A DNA stretch of 64,000 nucleotides. Source: a virus (taxonomy: Duplodnaviria; Caudoviricetes). Position 1 is the first letter of the stretch. Each line of letters begins with the position of its first letter. Positions 9,201-19,156 of the stretch are shown here, in pieces. The stretch lies in IMG/VR virus record IMGVR_UViG_3300033066_001786, positions 1 to 64,000 of that record, one strand, 5' to 3'. The notes beneath the pieces were generated by a model. It did not search any database. It was not told the origin of the DNA and worked only from the letters and a program-made list of their open reading frames with translations. A program made the position numbers and the translations under genes.

Positions 9201-10053
9201 TAAAACTTTCAGCATACAAGGCGGATCGGGCTCTGATACAGATAGTAATTTCTCATCCTATGATAATGCAGGGTCTCTAACTGCAAGCATAACAGCAGCA
9301 GGTGTTATAACTGGTTCAAGCATAACAGATACCACAGTTGGAAGTTCAATAAGCGGTGCTACTGCAAAAACAACACCTGTTAGTGCAGACAGTGTAGGTG
9401 TAAGCGATAGTGCAGATTCTAATAAACTAAAAAAGACAACTTTTGCAAATATTGCATCATGGATTAGTGCAAACGTTAATGCGTTAACTTCTACAACGTT
9501 GCAAACTGCAAGAAATATAGACGGTCAGTCTTTTGACGGGTCAACTAGTATCACAGTTATTGCACCAGGTACACATGCTGCGACATCAAAAACAACCCCA
9601 GTTGATGCAGATGAGTTGCCTATAGTTGACTCTGCAGCATCTAATATTTTAAAAAAATTAACATTTGCAAATTTAAAAGCATGGATAAAAACATATACAG
9701 ATACTTTATATTTAAGTATAACCCAGCCAACAACAACTCTTAGCAGTTCGAGCGGTGTTGTAACTATTGATCTTTCTTTAAACTATCGTAGATATGAACT
9801 TACATTAACTGAAAACGTTACTAGCTGGGTATTTACTAACGTGCCTGCGTCTGGATATTTTAGAGAAATAATAGTAGTAGTTATTCAGCATGCATCTGCA
9901 GCTAAAACAGTGATTACGCCAGCAACATCAGGGCGTACAGCCGGCGGTATAGCATGGGTTGCTTCGACTACACTCTCTTCGAGGGAAGCATTAGTTTTGC
10001 ACATTTTAAGCGATAGCACAGTTACTTTATATCCTACAGGTGTACAAGTATGA
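6271..10053 (+). CDS. Long tail fibre protein (1260 aa)
   Basis: Thr/Ser/Gly-rich; repeated ATxLxTARNIxGVxFDGTxDI, SxLTSVGVL, LGFTPEDVANK and KTTPVxAD modules; GATAAATA at 6243-6250 upstream. Confidence 0.85.
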   Translation: MDTSAGSNSTPTNIDGNASTATALQTPRNIQGVKFDGTEDIKLDIKAEELSGTTLSSNITKSNLTSVGVLTDLTVINPIKGTIIGSDVSIIGNAGSATKLENARNINGVPFDGTQDIVVVADANTLTGDTIPTNIKYSSLTSVGVLDYLTVRTPIVGDLTGNADTANLATNVLTNANLSGDVSSVGNVTTINSHKVINSMLQTVATSTFKGRITSGTGDVEDLTSTQATSILNTMVGDSGSGGTKGLVPAPITGDSTKFLRGDGTWAPASYSSGVMWDYKANTVATSGSPSSGHLLWNNATQISATELHVHKLADDGIDLSIFLSLLDTAYLLYIQDVNNAANYQTWQISGTTTDVGSVYWVVPVTLVNSGGTGTTGFSNNAQILVINKTSASSFVSSVSVVAANGFDGTVANAYTNPAITLKTTITGIIKGNGTSISAAISGTDYQPALGFTPEDVANKQTDLTASATKYPTVNAVNTGLSNTLSAAETYSANPANITQDSTHRFSSDSEKSTWNGKQDALGFTPEDVANKQTNLTASATKYPTVNAVNTGLGLKVDQTTTVNGHALTSNISLSYSDVGADASGAAASALSSAQSYADGKVQNSLVASTTIAPSASAVNTGLSGTLTTAEGYTDTQIGIEASSRSTADTRLLSPNSGVLTGLAVTINVDPTKFDIAAGTGIVVDWTTPATPTITYVSYAGSTGNTIPSMAAGYTRIYIDKTGTLIKSSGGLDTASFRRNYIVLPILYHPDHATITNVSTDRKPAYEEVEALNDYVKALGPINTGNGITANGANLNINKAAGVFTVLWANQSTDGQDPCNVTMSSATSPSFATVYRNGSGGNTETVPASTVDVTHYDDGSGTLATLTASYWVNNRFYVFPNNQIVMAYGQSQYKTSADAVAAIYTETFVAPVGYTQGKAVTVVSVQKSSTNLSTQAIFTNLNTLTAGGLNVTIPSLQAAFNASPVSPTPDIITNSVNKTFSIQGGSGSDTDSNFSSYDNAGSLTASITAAGVITGSSITDTTVGSSISGATAKTTPVSADSVGVSDSADSNKLKKTTFANIASWISANVNALTSTTLQTARNIDGQSFDGSTSITVIAPGTHAATSKTTPVDADELPIVDSAASNILKKLTFANLKAWIKTYTDTLYLSITQPTTTLSSSSGVVTIDLSLNYRRYELTLTENVTSWVFTNVPASGYFREIIVVVIQHASAAKTVITPATSGRTAGGIAWVASTTLSSREALVLHILSDSTVTLYPTGVQV
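7619..7925 (+). repeat. 91-bp direct repeat inside the fibre gene (7619-7709 and 7835-7925)
   Basis: Both copies encode LGFTPEDVANKQT(D/N)LTASATKYPTVNAVNTG; 3 mismatches seen. Confidence 0.9.
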
Positions 10054-12914
10054 TTAGTGCTGCTAATGATTTATCAATGCAAAGAGCCGCGATGGTTGCG
10101 GCTGACTTCAACTTCGCAAACTGTGGAGCAGTAACAACTCTCCCACCATTCCTAACAGCACTCAACGCAACTTACACCCGCCCCAGTGTAATGAATGTGT
10201 TGCAAGGCACAACGCTAGTGCAACTCTCCTCAGACCAATTCGGTACCCACCGTGACGGTGTGCCAGTTGCATACAGCGAGAAAAACAAACTCCGTTTCAC
10301 GCAAGAATTCGACAACGCATTTCATACTAAAAACAATCTAACTGTAACTGCTAACGCTGCAAATGATAGCGATGGTAACGCAACGGCGGATAAGTTGTGT
10401 GAGTCTTCAACGTCAAATGTTGCGCATTATCTCGGGAGTTACACGCACCTCGGCATTGGTGTATTACAGACTTTTTCTGTCGAAGTGCGAGCTGCTGAAC
10501 GCACTCAGTGTTACATACAGCTCGGCGCTGCCGGTGTATTTTTTAACCTGTCTACAGGTGCAGTAATATCTGGGACAGGTGGCACTATAACTTCACTCGG
10601 CGGAGGTTTGTACCGTTGCTCAGTAACGGGCGCTCCAACTAACAATAATCTATTTTTCGGTTTAGCAAGTTCTAGTAGCCCAAGCTACGCAGGCACAGTA
10701 GGCTACGGACTCTACGTTTCCAAAGTACAACTAGAATTCGGTGGACTTACTGCGTACGAAAGAAACTACGATGGCGTCACTGGTAAGTATGGTGCGCTGA
10801 TTGAAGGTGCTGCGACGAATATCCTGACATATTCGGAACAGTTTGATAATGCTGTTTGGTCAAAAGTTCAGTCTAGCATTACCGCCAATGCTGCCGTAGC
10901 TCCTGACGGAAATACAACCGCAGACAAGCTAATCCCCAACACAGCTCTGTCGCAGCACCGTGTGGACCTAACTTCAACCTCTACCGCAGCAACTTATACT
11001 TTCAGTGTTTTTATAAAAACCGCTGGATATAACTATGCGTTTATTAGGATAGGAGCCACGGCGGGCGTGGTGGTGAATCTGACAAACGGCGCGACTGTTT
11101 TAACCGGCGCGGCCTCAAACCCTTTAGCTGAAAGTTATGGCAATGGTTGGTATAGATGCTCTTTTTCCTGCACAGCTGGCGTGAACGATACTGTCAGAAT
11201 AAATGTAGAGGAAGCATCCAACAGCACTGATTTCACGGGCGACGGGACGTCAGGAATTTATATATGGGGCGCACAGCTAGAAACCGGAAACATCGCCACA
11301 TCTTACATACTCACAACCTCATCAACCGCAACCCGCGCGGCAGCAAAACTTCTTGTGCCCTTGTGGAAGAACAATCTCAAATATTCTACTGATCCAACTG
11401 GTACAGGTTGGAGTCGCACTAACGTAACGCTAACTACAGGGCAATCAGATAGCTCCGGTGGAACGACTGCGGTAAAAGTGGAAGCTACTACAACCGCTGC
11501 TACAAACCTTGTACAAAACACAATTACTGCCCCGGCAGGAGTTGTGACCTACAGCATAAAAGTCAAAGCGGGCACTGGCCCAACAAGTTTGTTTTTTCTT
11601 TTACGTAATCAAGGCACCTCTACTAACTTTCAGCTTGGAACCTTCACCACTGCAACAGGCGCAATTTCTGGCACAGGGTGGACTTCTACTGCGGATAGCA
11701 ACGGCTACTACAAATTAACTTTCACACAATCAACTGGAATATCCGTTGGTGACAATTTGTTTTGTTATGTTGGGTGGACTGGAGGATCAGTCACAGCAGG
11801 ACACAACTTCTATTACGAATCCCCACAGCTTGAGTCTGGCGCAACTGCTACAACTTACGTTCCGACAACTTCGACGCTTGATGTAACAGGTAACGCAACC
11901 ATTCCAGGATTTAAAAGCGGAGATTTATTATCCGTTCCAGTGTATAAAAACGTCCTTAAATACTCTGGAGATTTAACTAATGCTTATTGGGTGCAGACAG
12001 GGCTTTCATCTCTAGTAGGTGGGCAGTCTGATCCAGATAGCGGAAGCAATGCGTTTCTTCTAACAGAGAACAGCTCTACCAGTAACCACTTTGTTGTACC
12101 GCAAGCTGCCACAACTGGCGCAATTATGCGTATGAGAGTGAAAGCAAAATCAAACGGACGACACCTTTTCATGGAAATCGGCGGTACCGCTTATGGGTCA
12201 ATAAATCTAACAACAGGCGCTGTAATATCTTCTACCGGATGCACAATAACTACTACCTCGCTCGGAAGCGGTTGGTGGCTATGTGACTTTCTAACTTCTT
12301 CCGCATCAACCTCAACTGGAGCGTACTTCGCACTATCCACAGCAGCAGGTAATACCAATTACGCAGGGGGTGGGGCGTCGGGAATCTATTTATATCGTCC
12401 GCAACTATCCGTAAGTTCCGAAGTGCAGACTTATGTAGAAACAACTAGCACGTTAGACGTTACCGATAATGCTATCAACGCAGGTTTCTCAAGCGCAGGT
12501 TACACGCTGGCTGCGGATTGGCGGAGTATTGCTGCAAGGACTACAGCAGTAGGGCTGATGGAGTTAAACGACAATACATCATCAAACCGATCGAATCTAC
12601 TGGTCTCAAACTCCGATCTTTTCAACCCCAATTCAGTAACAGGCGGGGCTTCGCAGATGTCTATTGTGGGAGCGGCGTGTACAACATTGCGGCGAAAAGG
12701 GGCTGCTAGTTATCAGGCTAATAATTTCCTTGCAGCTAACAACGGCGTGGCGCTGACAGCAGACACATCCGGCACCATGCCGACAGGAATGCTTTTACTT
12801 AATCTCGGCTCCCTCAACACAGGAGCTAGTTCGTTCAATGGCGGCCCAATCTTCCGCCTCCAACTCATCCCAAAGGCGCTCTCTCAAGCACAAGTCAACG
12901 GATGGTCAACATGA
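10050..12914 (+). CDS. Fibre/spike receptor-binding protein with four tandem carbohydrate-binding-like domains
   Basis: Four repeats starting N.L.(Y/F)(S/T) and ending QL(E/S)....T.Y; visibly more GC-rich than flanking genes. Confidence 0.75.
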   Translation: MISAANDLSMQRAAMVAADFNFANCGAVTTLPPFLTALNATYTRPSVMNVLQGTTLVQLSSDQFGTHRDGVPVAYSEKNKLRFTQEFDNAFHTKNNLTVTANAANDSDGNATADKLCESSTSNVAHYLGSYTHLGIGVLQTFSVEVRAAERTQCYIQLGAAGVFFNLSTGAVISGTGGTITSLGGGLYRCSVTGAPTNNNLFFGLASSSSPSYAGTVGYGLYVSKVQLEFGGLTAYERNYDGVTGKYGALIEGAATNILTYSEQFDNAVWSKVQSSITANAAVAPDGNTTADKLIPNTALSQHRVDLTSTSTAATYTFSVFIKTAGYNYAFIRIGATAGVVVNLTNGATVLTGAASNPLAESYGNGWYRCSFSCTAGVNDTVRINVEEASNSTDFTGDGTSGIYIWGAQLETGNIATSYILTTSSTATRAAAKLLVPLWKNNLKYSTDPTGTGWSRTNVTLTTGQSDSSGGTTAVKVEATTTAATNLVQNTITAPAGVVTYSIKVKAGTGPTSLFFLLRNQGTSTNFQLGTFTTATGAISGTGWTSTADSNGYYKLTFTQSTGISVGDNLFCYVGWTGGSVTAGHNFYYESPQLESGATATTYVPTTSTLDVTGNATIPGFKSGDLLSVPVYKNVLKYSGDLTNAYWVQTGLSSLVGGQSDPDSGSNAFLLTENSSTSNHFVVPQAATTGAIMRMRVKAKSNGRHLFMEIGGTAYGSINLTTGAVISSTGCTITTTSLGSGWWLCDFLTSSASTSTGAYFALSTAAGNTNYAGGGASGIYLYRPQLSVSSEVQTYVETTSTLDVTDNAINAGFSSAGYTLAADWRSIAARTTAVGLMELNDNTSSNRSNLLVSNSDLFNPNSVTGGASQMSIVGAACTTLRRKGAASYQANNFLAANNGVALTADTSGTMPTGMLLLNLGSLNTGASSFNGGPIFRLQLIPKALSQAQVNGWST

Positions 12915-12970
12915 CAACTCCTACAGTTTATTTAAAGTTTTCCTTGTAGTTTAATGTATTAAAATTTAAT

Positions 12971-12990
12971 AACATATTTTAAAATATGTT
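12971..12990. repeat. Perfect 20-bp palindrome AACATATTTTAAAATATGTT
   Basis: Seen directly in the intergenic region. Confidence 0.7.
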
Positions 12991-13045
12991 TGTATTTTCT
13001 GCTTTGCGATGTTAAGTTGTTAAAATAACAAAACGGAGGCACACA

Positions 13046-14152
13046 GTGGCTAAGAAAATATCAATTAAAAAACTCGAATTTGATAATGTTAATCCTGAAA
13101 GCCCAACTTATAATTCTCAGTTAATATTAACAGCATCATACGTAAACGAACTAGTTGAAGTTAAAGATAGAAAAAAATATGCTTTAAAGTGGATCTCTAA
13201 AAACATGGAATTAGACATTAAAGAGGTATCTAAAATGTCAGATACTTACTTTGATGCAATTAGCAAGTATTGTTATATCGCAGAAAACGGCGGCGTATTA
13301 AGCAACCAACATGTACAATCTTTAAAAACACAAATAACAAATCAATTTAGTATTTACAACCGATGTAAGAATTCTTCAGTCGATATAGAAGACGAGCCCA
13401 AACAAAAAACAGAAGAAAAGAAAGGTATACAAGATTATATTAAAGATAAAGCAGCCGAAGTATGCAGCGAAATTGATTTTTGGATAGATGAATTTGTCAA
13501 AGATCCTAAGAATTGCGATTTTAAGATTAGAGATTTAAAAAAGTATTTTTCATCGTGTGATATGAAACCTGCACATTATCGATACGTAGTAACTTTTTAC
13601 GAAAAAACGCTTGCAGAAATAATTGAAACACTGGAAGGTTTAGATGAGCAGTTAGTGGAAGGGTATTCGCATATATCTAAACCAAATCTTAAAAAATTAC
13701 AATTGTTTTTAGAAGAAATAATGTCTGTTTCTGACCATCTTAAAAAATCAGGTAACAGTAAGCCTAGAAAAGCAAAACCTGTAAATGTATCTAAAATTGC
13801 GTCAAAAGTAAAATACAAAAAAGAAGATACTGAATTTGATATTAAGAGTATAAATCCCGTGCATGTAGTTGGATCACAAGCAGTATGGGTATTAAACACC
13901 AAAACGAGAAAAATCGGTGTTTATTATGCATCAGATGCAAGCGGTCTTACATTTAAAGGTACTAGTATAAAAAACTTTAAAACGACAAGCACAGAAAAGA
14001 CATTAAAAAAATCATCAAAGTTAAATGTAAAAGAATTTGCTTCTAATACTAAGCAAGCACGTAAGAAGAAATTCGATGAGATTGTTTCAATTGACGTAAA
14101 ATTAAACGGACGTATAAACGAACATTGCGTTTTGCTTGCGGTTGATAAATAA
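13046..14152 (+). CDS. Hypothetical phage protein (basic C-terminal domain)
   Basis: 368-aa ORF, GGAGG RBS. Confidence 0.7.
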   Translation: MAKKISIKKLEFDNVNPESPTYNSQLILTASYVNELVEVKDRKKYALKWISKNMELDIKEVSKMSDTYFDAISKYCYIAENGGVLSNQHVQSLKTQITNQFSIYNRCKNSSVDIEDEPKQKTEEKKGIQDYIKDKAAEVCSEIDFWIDEFVKDPKNCDFKIRDLKKYFSSCDMKPAHYRYVVTFYEKTLAEIIETLEGLDEQLVEGYSHISKPNLKKLQLFLEEIMSVSDHLKKSGNSKPRKAKPVNVSKIASKVKYKKEDTEFDIKSINPVHVVGSQAVWVLNTKTRKIGVYYASDASGLTFKGTSIKNFKTTSTEKTLKKSSKLNVKEFASNTKQARKKKFDEIVSIDVKLNGRINEHCVLLAVDK

Positions 14153-14173
14153 TACAAAAGAAACGGATTTTAT

Positions 14174-14920
14174 ATGTCAAGTACACCTCGTAACACATTA
14201 ACAAAACAGCTTGAATTGTTAATGGGCGGGATAATGGTTGAAGTCGAGACCGAAGCGCCACATTATGAATTAGCAATAGATATGGCAATAGAAAGATACC
14301 GACAAAGATCAGACGGTTCTCTTTCCGAACAAGTTATATTTTTAACATTAGAAGCAAATGTAAACGAATACACTCTACCGCACGAAGTGCAAGTGGTTCG
14401 ACGTGTACATAGGCGCGGAAACGGTTCTATTGGTTCATCGGGTATTAATTTTGATCCATTTGATGCAGCACTAGGTAACCAATATTTCTTACAATGGGGC
14501 AGAACAGGTGGGCTTGTAACGTGGGAATTGTTAAGCGAATACAAAAAAACACTATCTAGATTATTTTCAGGTGAGATAGATTTTATATGGGATCTCCCTA
14601 CTAGGAAATTAACAGTTGCTAGAAAATTTGGCGGATCAGAAACTGTAATGATTACAGTGTACGCACAAAGACACGAAGATGATATTATTTCTAGCGAATA
14701 TTCTAAACCGTGGATTAGGGATTATGCACTTGCTAAGTGTAAACAAATGCTAGGCGAAGCCCGAGAAAAATTCCCAAGTGGTATACCTGGTCCAGCCGGG
14801 AATGTTGTATTTAACGGGTCACAATTAAAATCGGAAGCACTTGCTGAAATGCAACGATTAGAAATAGAGTTGCAGAATTTTGTTGCAAGCGATTACGGTA
14901 TGCCTTTTATAATTGCATGA
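14174..14920 (+). CDS. Neck protein (T4 gp13-like)
   Basis: WIRDYALAKCKQMLGEAREKF..IPGPAG.V.FNG..LK.EA pattern; position upstream of sheath. Confidence 0.8.
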   Translation: MSSTPRNTLTKQLELLMGGIMVEVETEAPHYELAIDMAIERYRQRSDGSLSEQVIFLTLEANVNEYTLPHEVQVVRRVHRRGNGSIGSSGINFDPFDAALGNQYFLQWGRTGGLVTWELLSEYKKTLSRLFSGEIDFIWDLPTRKLTVARKFGGSETVMITVYAQRHEDDIISSEYSKPWIRDYALAKCKQMLGEAREKFPSGIPGPAGNVVFNGSQLKSEALAEMQRLEIELQNFVASDYGMPFIIA

Positions 14921-15534
14921 TAATCGGTTTGCTAGGTGTAATGGGTTCCGGAAAAGACACAGTTGCTAATATTCTTGTTGAATCATATGGTTATTCTAAA
15001 ATCTCCTGTGCTGACTCTTTAAAAGACGTATGCTCTGCTGTATTCAGCTGGGAAAGAATGCTGTTAGAAGGCGATACGCTTAGTTCTAGGGTATGGAGAG
15101 ACACAGTTGACGAGTGGTGGGCAGAACGATTAAATATAAGTGATTTTACACCTAGAAAAGCAATGCAGCTAATCGGTACTGATTTATTTAGGGAACATTT
15201 TAATAAAGATATATGGGTTAATACGCTAAGAAGAAAAATATCACATCAAAAAAACATAGTAGTATCTGATGTGAGGTTCCTAAATGAAATAAAAGCAATA
15301 AGGCAGGAAAACGGTATTTTAGTTGAAGTAAGAGGTAGAAAAAATTACGACTGGTACAATGTTGCATATCGGGCAAATACGGGTTGTTTGAAATCTAAGA
15401 ACGAATTGGAAACATGGTACTCTAATGTTCACCGAAGTGAATGGGAATGGATTTCGACTAAGGTAGACTACGATATACATAATAATAAAGACTTTAATAA
15501 TTTAAAAATAGAAATCGAAAAAATATTTAAATAA
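14917..15534 (+). CDS. Deoxynucleoside monophosphate kinase (T4 gp1-like)
   Basis: MIIGLLGVMGSGKDT, ADSLKD, TPR..MQ..GTD..R, SDVRF.NE, H.SE. Confidence 0.9.
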   Translation: MIIGLLGVMGSGKDTVANILVESYGYSKISCADSLKDVCSAVFSWERMLLEGDTLSSRVWRDTVDEWWAERLNISDFTPRKAMQLIGTDLFREHFNKDIWVNTLRRKISHQKNIVVSDVRFLNEIKAIRQENGILVEVRGRKNYDWYNVAYRANTGCLKSKNELETWYSNVHRSEWEWISTKVDYDIHNNKDFNNLKIEIEKIFK

Positions 15535-15610
15535 TTTAGCCCTTGTATAACCCATGTTTTTTGGTTGTTTCTGATAAATATTAGCAACAACACAAAACAA
15601 GGAGTTTTAA

Positions 15611-18424
15611 ATGGCAAATCTTGTTTCGCCTGGCACTAGTGTCAGCGTAATCAACGAAAGTTTTTATACTTCTGCAGGTCCAGGTACTGTCCCTCTAGTA
15701 ATTATTGCAACAGATGATAACAAATTAGATGCATCAGGTACACAGATAGCAGAAGGAACTAAACCAGAAAATGCAGGTAAAGTTTACACTATTACTTCAC
15801 AGAGAGAGTTGCTTCAGACTTTCGGTGTACCACACTTCCATTCTTTTCCGGGTCATCCTACTAGCGAGTACGGTCTTTTAGCTGCACATTCTTATTTAGG
15901 TGTGTCGAATAAAATTAACCTTTTAAGAGCAGATATTAATTTAGGCGACTTAGATCCTACTACAGAACCACCTGCAAGAGACCCGGACGTCGGAACATAT
16001 TGGTTAAAAGGCGAGGAAATAGATGCCGCAGTATACGAATGGGACGGTGCTAAATGGGTTAAACAATCAGTATTACCTATACAAGGTAGTCAAGTAATCG
16101 AAATAGACAACGGTGTAGATCCTGTTTATTTAAGTTTAGTAGATGTGCCCTCGTCATATAAATATGCAGTGAGTTGTAGCAACACTGAGATAGACGGTTC
16201 GATTACTAATTTGTTTACTAACATGATATGGGTTAGACAATCAGGTAAATGGGTATGGCTCTTCGATAATACAATTCCTAATCAGTCCTTATATTTTTTA
16301 AAGGATTTCCAATATTCTAAAGTTTACCCTACAAAAAGAAATGACGGTATTGCAGCTTTACAATCGGGCGACATATGGATTAGCATCGACGAACAGAAGT
16401 ATCCTGTTTATTATTTCCAAGATTCGGTTACTCGTTTTGTAAAATGCGACATGTATTACAATATGACACAGAACGAAATGGTTGAAACTCAAGGCTACTC
16501 TACACTTTCTCATACTGACATATTTGTTGAGAACGGCGATTTATTTGCATATGCTACTGGACCTAAAGGTGCGGCAGTTAATATAATGAGAACATGGGTA
16601 GCAGGTAATGTTGTACCTGAAGAATTAAGCTTTGTTCCTTTTGTTCCGGGCGCAGTAATCCCTAGTATAGCACTTAGAGCATACCGAGTAGTAGCAGGCG
16701 GCACCGGGACAGCCGATATTATTAATCTTACATTTACTAACAAGACAATAGAAGAAATAATCGTAACAGTTAATAGTAATGCTAATGCTATCAATTTTGG
16801 TATTTCTCTTAGTTTAGACTTAAATGGATATGTTGTTGCAAGATCTCTCTTAAGAAAAACATTCGTACTAGATGGTCTTGAATTTCATAACGCATCCGTA
16901 GGCGGCTTTTCTAAAAGCGGCATATCGATTGTATGCTCTTCAACTGAACCGACAGGGTCTATACAGGACGGTTCAGTATGGTACAACGATGATATCGTAG
17001 TTGATGTATTGCAAAATAGCGGAACAAACTGGGATAATTTTGGATTTGTTATATATGCACAGTATAGTAAACCAACAGGCGTAAGTTTAAACGCAGGCGA
17101 TTTGTGGTTAGATACTAGCGACCTCGTAAACTATCCTTTGTTTAAAAGGTGGTCAGGCAGTGCATGGGTTACTATAGATAATAGCGATTCTAGAACACCG
17201 AACGGTATTATTTTTGCTGATGCAAGACCTTCGGCAACGTACGGTACTTCACTAGGCGTGAACAACGGCGGCGGCAATGGAGACCCTGACTTAGATATAG
17301 ATGCACCAAATCCTTTATTTTATCCTGCAGGTTTATTATTGTTTAATGCGCGAGCTTCGAGCAGATGCGTAAAAACATTTGTCGAACCGTATATTTACGA
17401 AGGCGATACAGCAGCAACATATAACGGGTCAACAGGTCGCTGGGTTTCTCAGAATTTGCTCAAAGAAGACGGATCACCTTACATGGGAGAAGAATCTGTT
17501 CGCAGAAAAATCTCATTAAGTATGCAAGCTGCAATTCAAAGCAACGAATATATTCGTTCTGAGGATTTGTATTTTAATTTAATTGCTGCACCGGGATGCA
17601 TCGAGTTAATAGACGAAATGGTAGCTTTAAATATAGATCGTAAAGAAACTGCGGTAGTTATAGGTGATACACCTTTTACTCTTAAGCCGGATGCAACTTC
17701 TTTACAAAGCTGGTTAACCAACGAAGCCAACCAGACAACAAATAATAAGTACGGTCTTGTAACTGCAAGTGACAACTTGGCATTATATTATCCTTCTTGT
17801 GGTTTGACTACTAATGTTGATGGTTCTGATGTTATTGTTCCGTCTTCTCATGCATTACTTCGCACGTATGCATTGAACGACCAAATGGCTTACCCATGGT
17901 TTGCACCTGCAGGTTTACAACGAGGAGTTGTTTCTAACTTATCAAGTGTTGGTTATGTAGACGATAACACAGGAGAATACAAAAGCGTATCTTTAAACGA
18001 AGGTCAACGCGATGTATTGTATTTAAATAACGTTAATCCTGTTCGTTCTATACCTAACAAAGGCATTATTGTATGGGGACAAAAAACAAGAGCACCTTCG
18101 GAATCTGCACTTGATAGAGTTAATGTTGCACGTTTAGTTAACTACATTAGATATCAAGCAGAAAAAATATCTCAGCCGTTTTTGTTTGAGCCTAACGACG
18201 ATACTACTCGTTTGTTCGTTACAAAAGCATATGAAACATTCTTAAGCGAATTAGTTCTTTTACGGGGTTTGACGGATTATGCAGTTCAGTGTAATAAATC
18301 AAACAACACTGAATTGAGAATTGATCGAAACGAATTATGGGTAGATTTATATATATTGCCAGAAAAAGCAATTGAGTTTATTTATATTCCAATTCGTGTA
18401 CGAGGTAATGTACAAGGTGTGTAA
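15611..18424 (+). CDS. Tail sheath protein with large insertion domains
   Basis: LVSPG N-terminus, YPWFAPAG..RG, LY...VNP, WGQKT, SALDRVNVARL, EFIYIP; GATAAATA at 15573-15580. Confidence 0.95.
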   Translation: MANLVSPGTSVSVINESFYTSAGPGTVPLVIIATDDNKLDASGTQIAEGTKPENAGKVYTITSQRELLQTFGVPHFHSFPGHPTSEYGLLAAHSYLGVSNKINLLRADINLGDLDPTTEPPARDPDVGTYWLKGEEIDAAVYEWDGAKWVKQSVLPIQGSQVIEIDNGVDPVYLSLVDVPSSYKYAVSCSNTEIDGSITNLFTNMIWVRQSGKWVWLFDNTIPNQSLYFLKDFQYSKVYPTKRNDGIAALQSGDIWISIDEQKYPVYYFQDSVTRFVKCDMYYNMTQNEMVETQGYSTLSHTDIFVENGDLFAYATGPKGAAVNIMRTWVAGNVVPEELSFVPFVPGAVIPSIALRAYRVVAGGTGTADIINLTFTNKTIEEIIVTVNSNANAINFGISLSLDLNGYVVARSLLRKTFVLDGLEFHNASVGGFSKSGISIVCSSTEPTGSIQDGSVWYNDDIVVDVLQNSGTNWDNFGFVIYAQYSKPTGVSLNAGDLWLDTSDLVNYPLFKRWSGSAWVTIDNSDSRTPNGIIFADARPSATYGTSLGVNNGGGNGDPDLDIDAPNPLFYPAGLLLFNARASSRCVKTFVEPYIYEGDTAATYNGSTGRWVSQNLLKEDGSPYMGEESVRRKISLSMQAAIQSNEYIRSEDLYFNLIAAPGCIELIDEMVALNIDRKETAVVIGDTPFTLKPDATSLQSWLTNEANQTTNNKYGLVTASDNLALYYPSCGLTTNVDGSDVIVPSSHALLRTYALNDQMAYPWFAPAGLQRGVVSNLSSVGYVDDNTGEYKSVSLNEGQRDVLYLNNVNPVRSIPNKGIIVWGQKTRAPSESALDRVNVARLVNYIRYQAEKISQPFLFEPNDDTTRLFVTKAYETFLSELVLLRGLTDYAVQCNKSNNTELRIDRNELWVDLYILPEKAIEFIYIPIRVRGNVQGV

Positions 18425-18427
18425 AAT

Positions 18428-18454
18428 AAAAAGGGCTTGAAAAAGCCCTTTTTT
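18428..18454 (+). terminator. Intrinsic terminator (potentially bidirectional)
   Basis: AAAAAGGGCT-TGAAA-AAGCCCTTTTTT after the sheath stop. Confidence 0.8.
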
Positions 18455-18532
18455 AATGACTATAAAACCGTCTTTTAGAAAATTAGCCAAATTTGATAAA
18501 TAATATAAAGCTAATTTGTTCGGGAGATTAAA

Positions 18533-19144
18533 ATGGCAGATTTAACAAAATTCGGTGTACCAATGCCGGGCGGCATTAGAAATGGTATTTTGCAACCGAA
18601 ACAAGATTATAGATTCAGAGTCCTATTGAAAGGGTTCGGCACCGGCCAGTTTTTGCGAGAATTGACACAGAATGTAATGGAGTGTGATCGTCCGACTTTT
18701 AAAGATGATGTTATTAAGTTATCGGCATATAACTCAACTGCATACATTCGTGGTAAACACGAATGGGAATCAATAAAAATCAAGTTTCGTGATGACATTA
18801 CAAATGCAGTAACATCTGCAGTTGGGTCGCAAATACAGAAGCAAATTAACCACTTTGAACAGACTAGTTCTGTTGCAGGTATTAATTATAAATTCGATAT
18901 GGAAATACATGCACTTGACGGTACAAACGGCGACGAATTAGAAAGCTGGGAATTAAATGGCTGTTTCATTGCTAACACTGCGTATTCGGGTGGTAAATAT
19001 GAAAGCGGCGAAGTGCAAACAATTGAAGTTGAAGTTCGGTATGATAATGCAACATTGTTACGCGGGCCTGGCGGCGACGGTATTACTGTAGGTACTGATC
19101 CATATCCAAACAACCCAAGTCTAGTTGGCGGAACAAGAGCTTAA
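18533..19144 (+). CDS. Tail tube protein (gp19-like)
   Basis: LQPK..YRFRV, GKH.W, E.W.L.GCF, RYDNA; directly after sheath; GATAAATA at 18495-18502. Confidence 0.9.
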   Translation: MADLTKFGVPMPGGIRNGILQPKQDYRFRVLLKGFGTGQFLRELTQNVMECDRPTFKDDVIKLSAYNSTAYIRGKHEWESIKIKFRDDITNAVTSAVGSQIQKQINHFEQTSSVAGINYKFDMEIHALDGTNGDELESWELNGCFIANTAYSGGKYESGEVQTIEVEVRYDNATLLRGPGGDGITVGTDPYPNNPSLVGGTRA

Positions 19145-19156
19145 TAAGGACAGATA

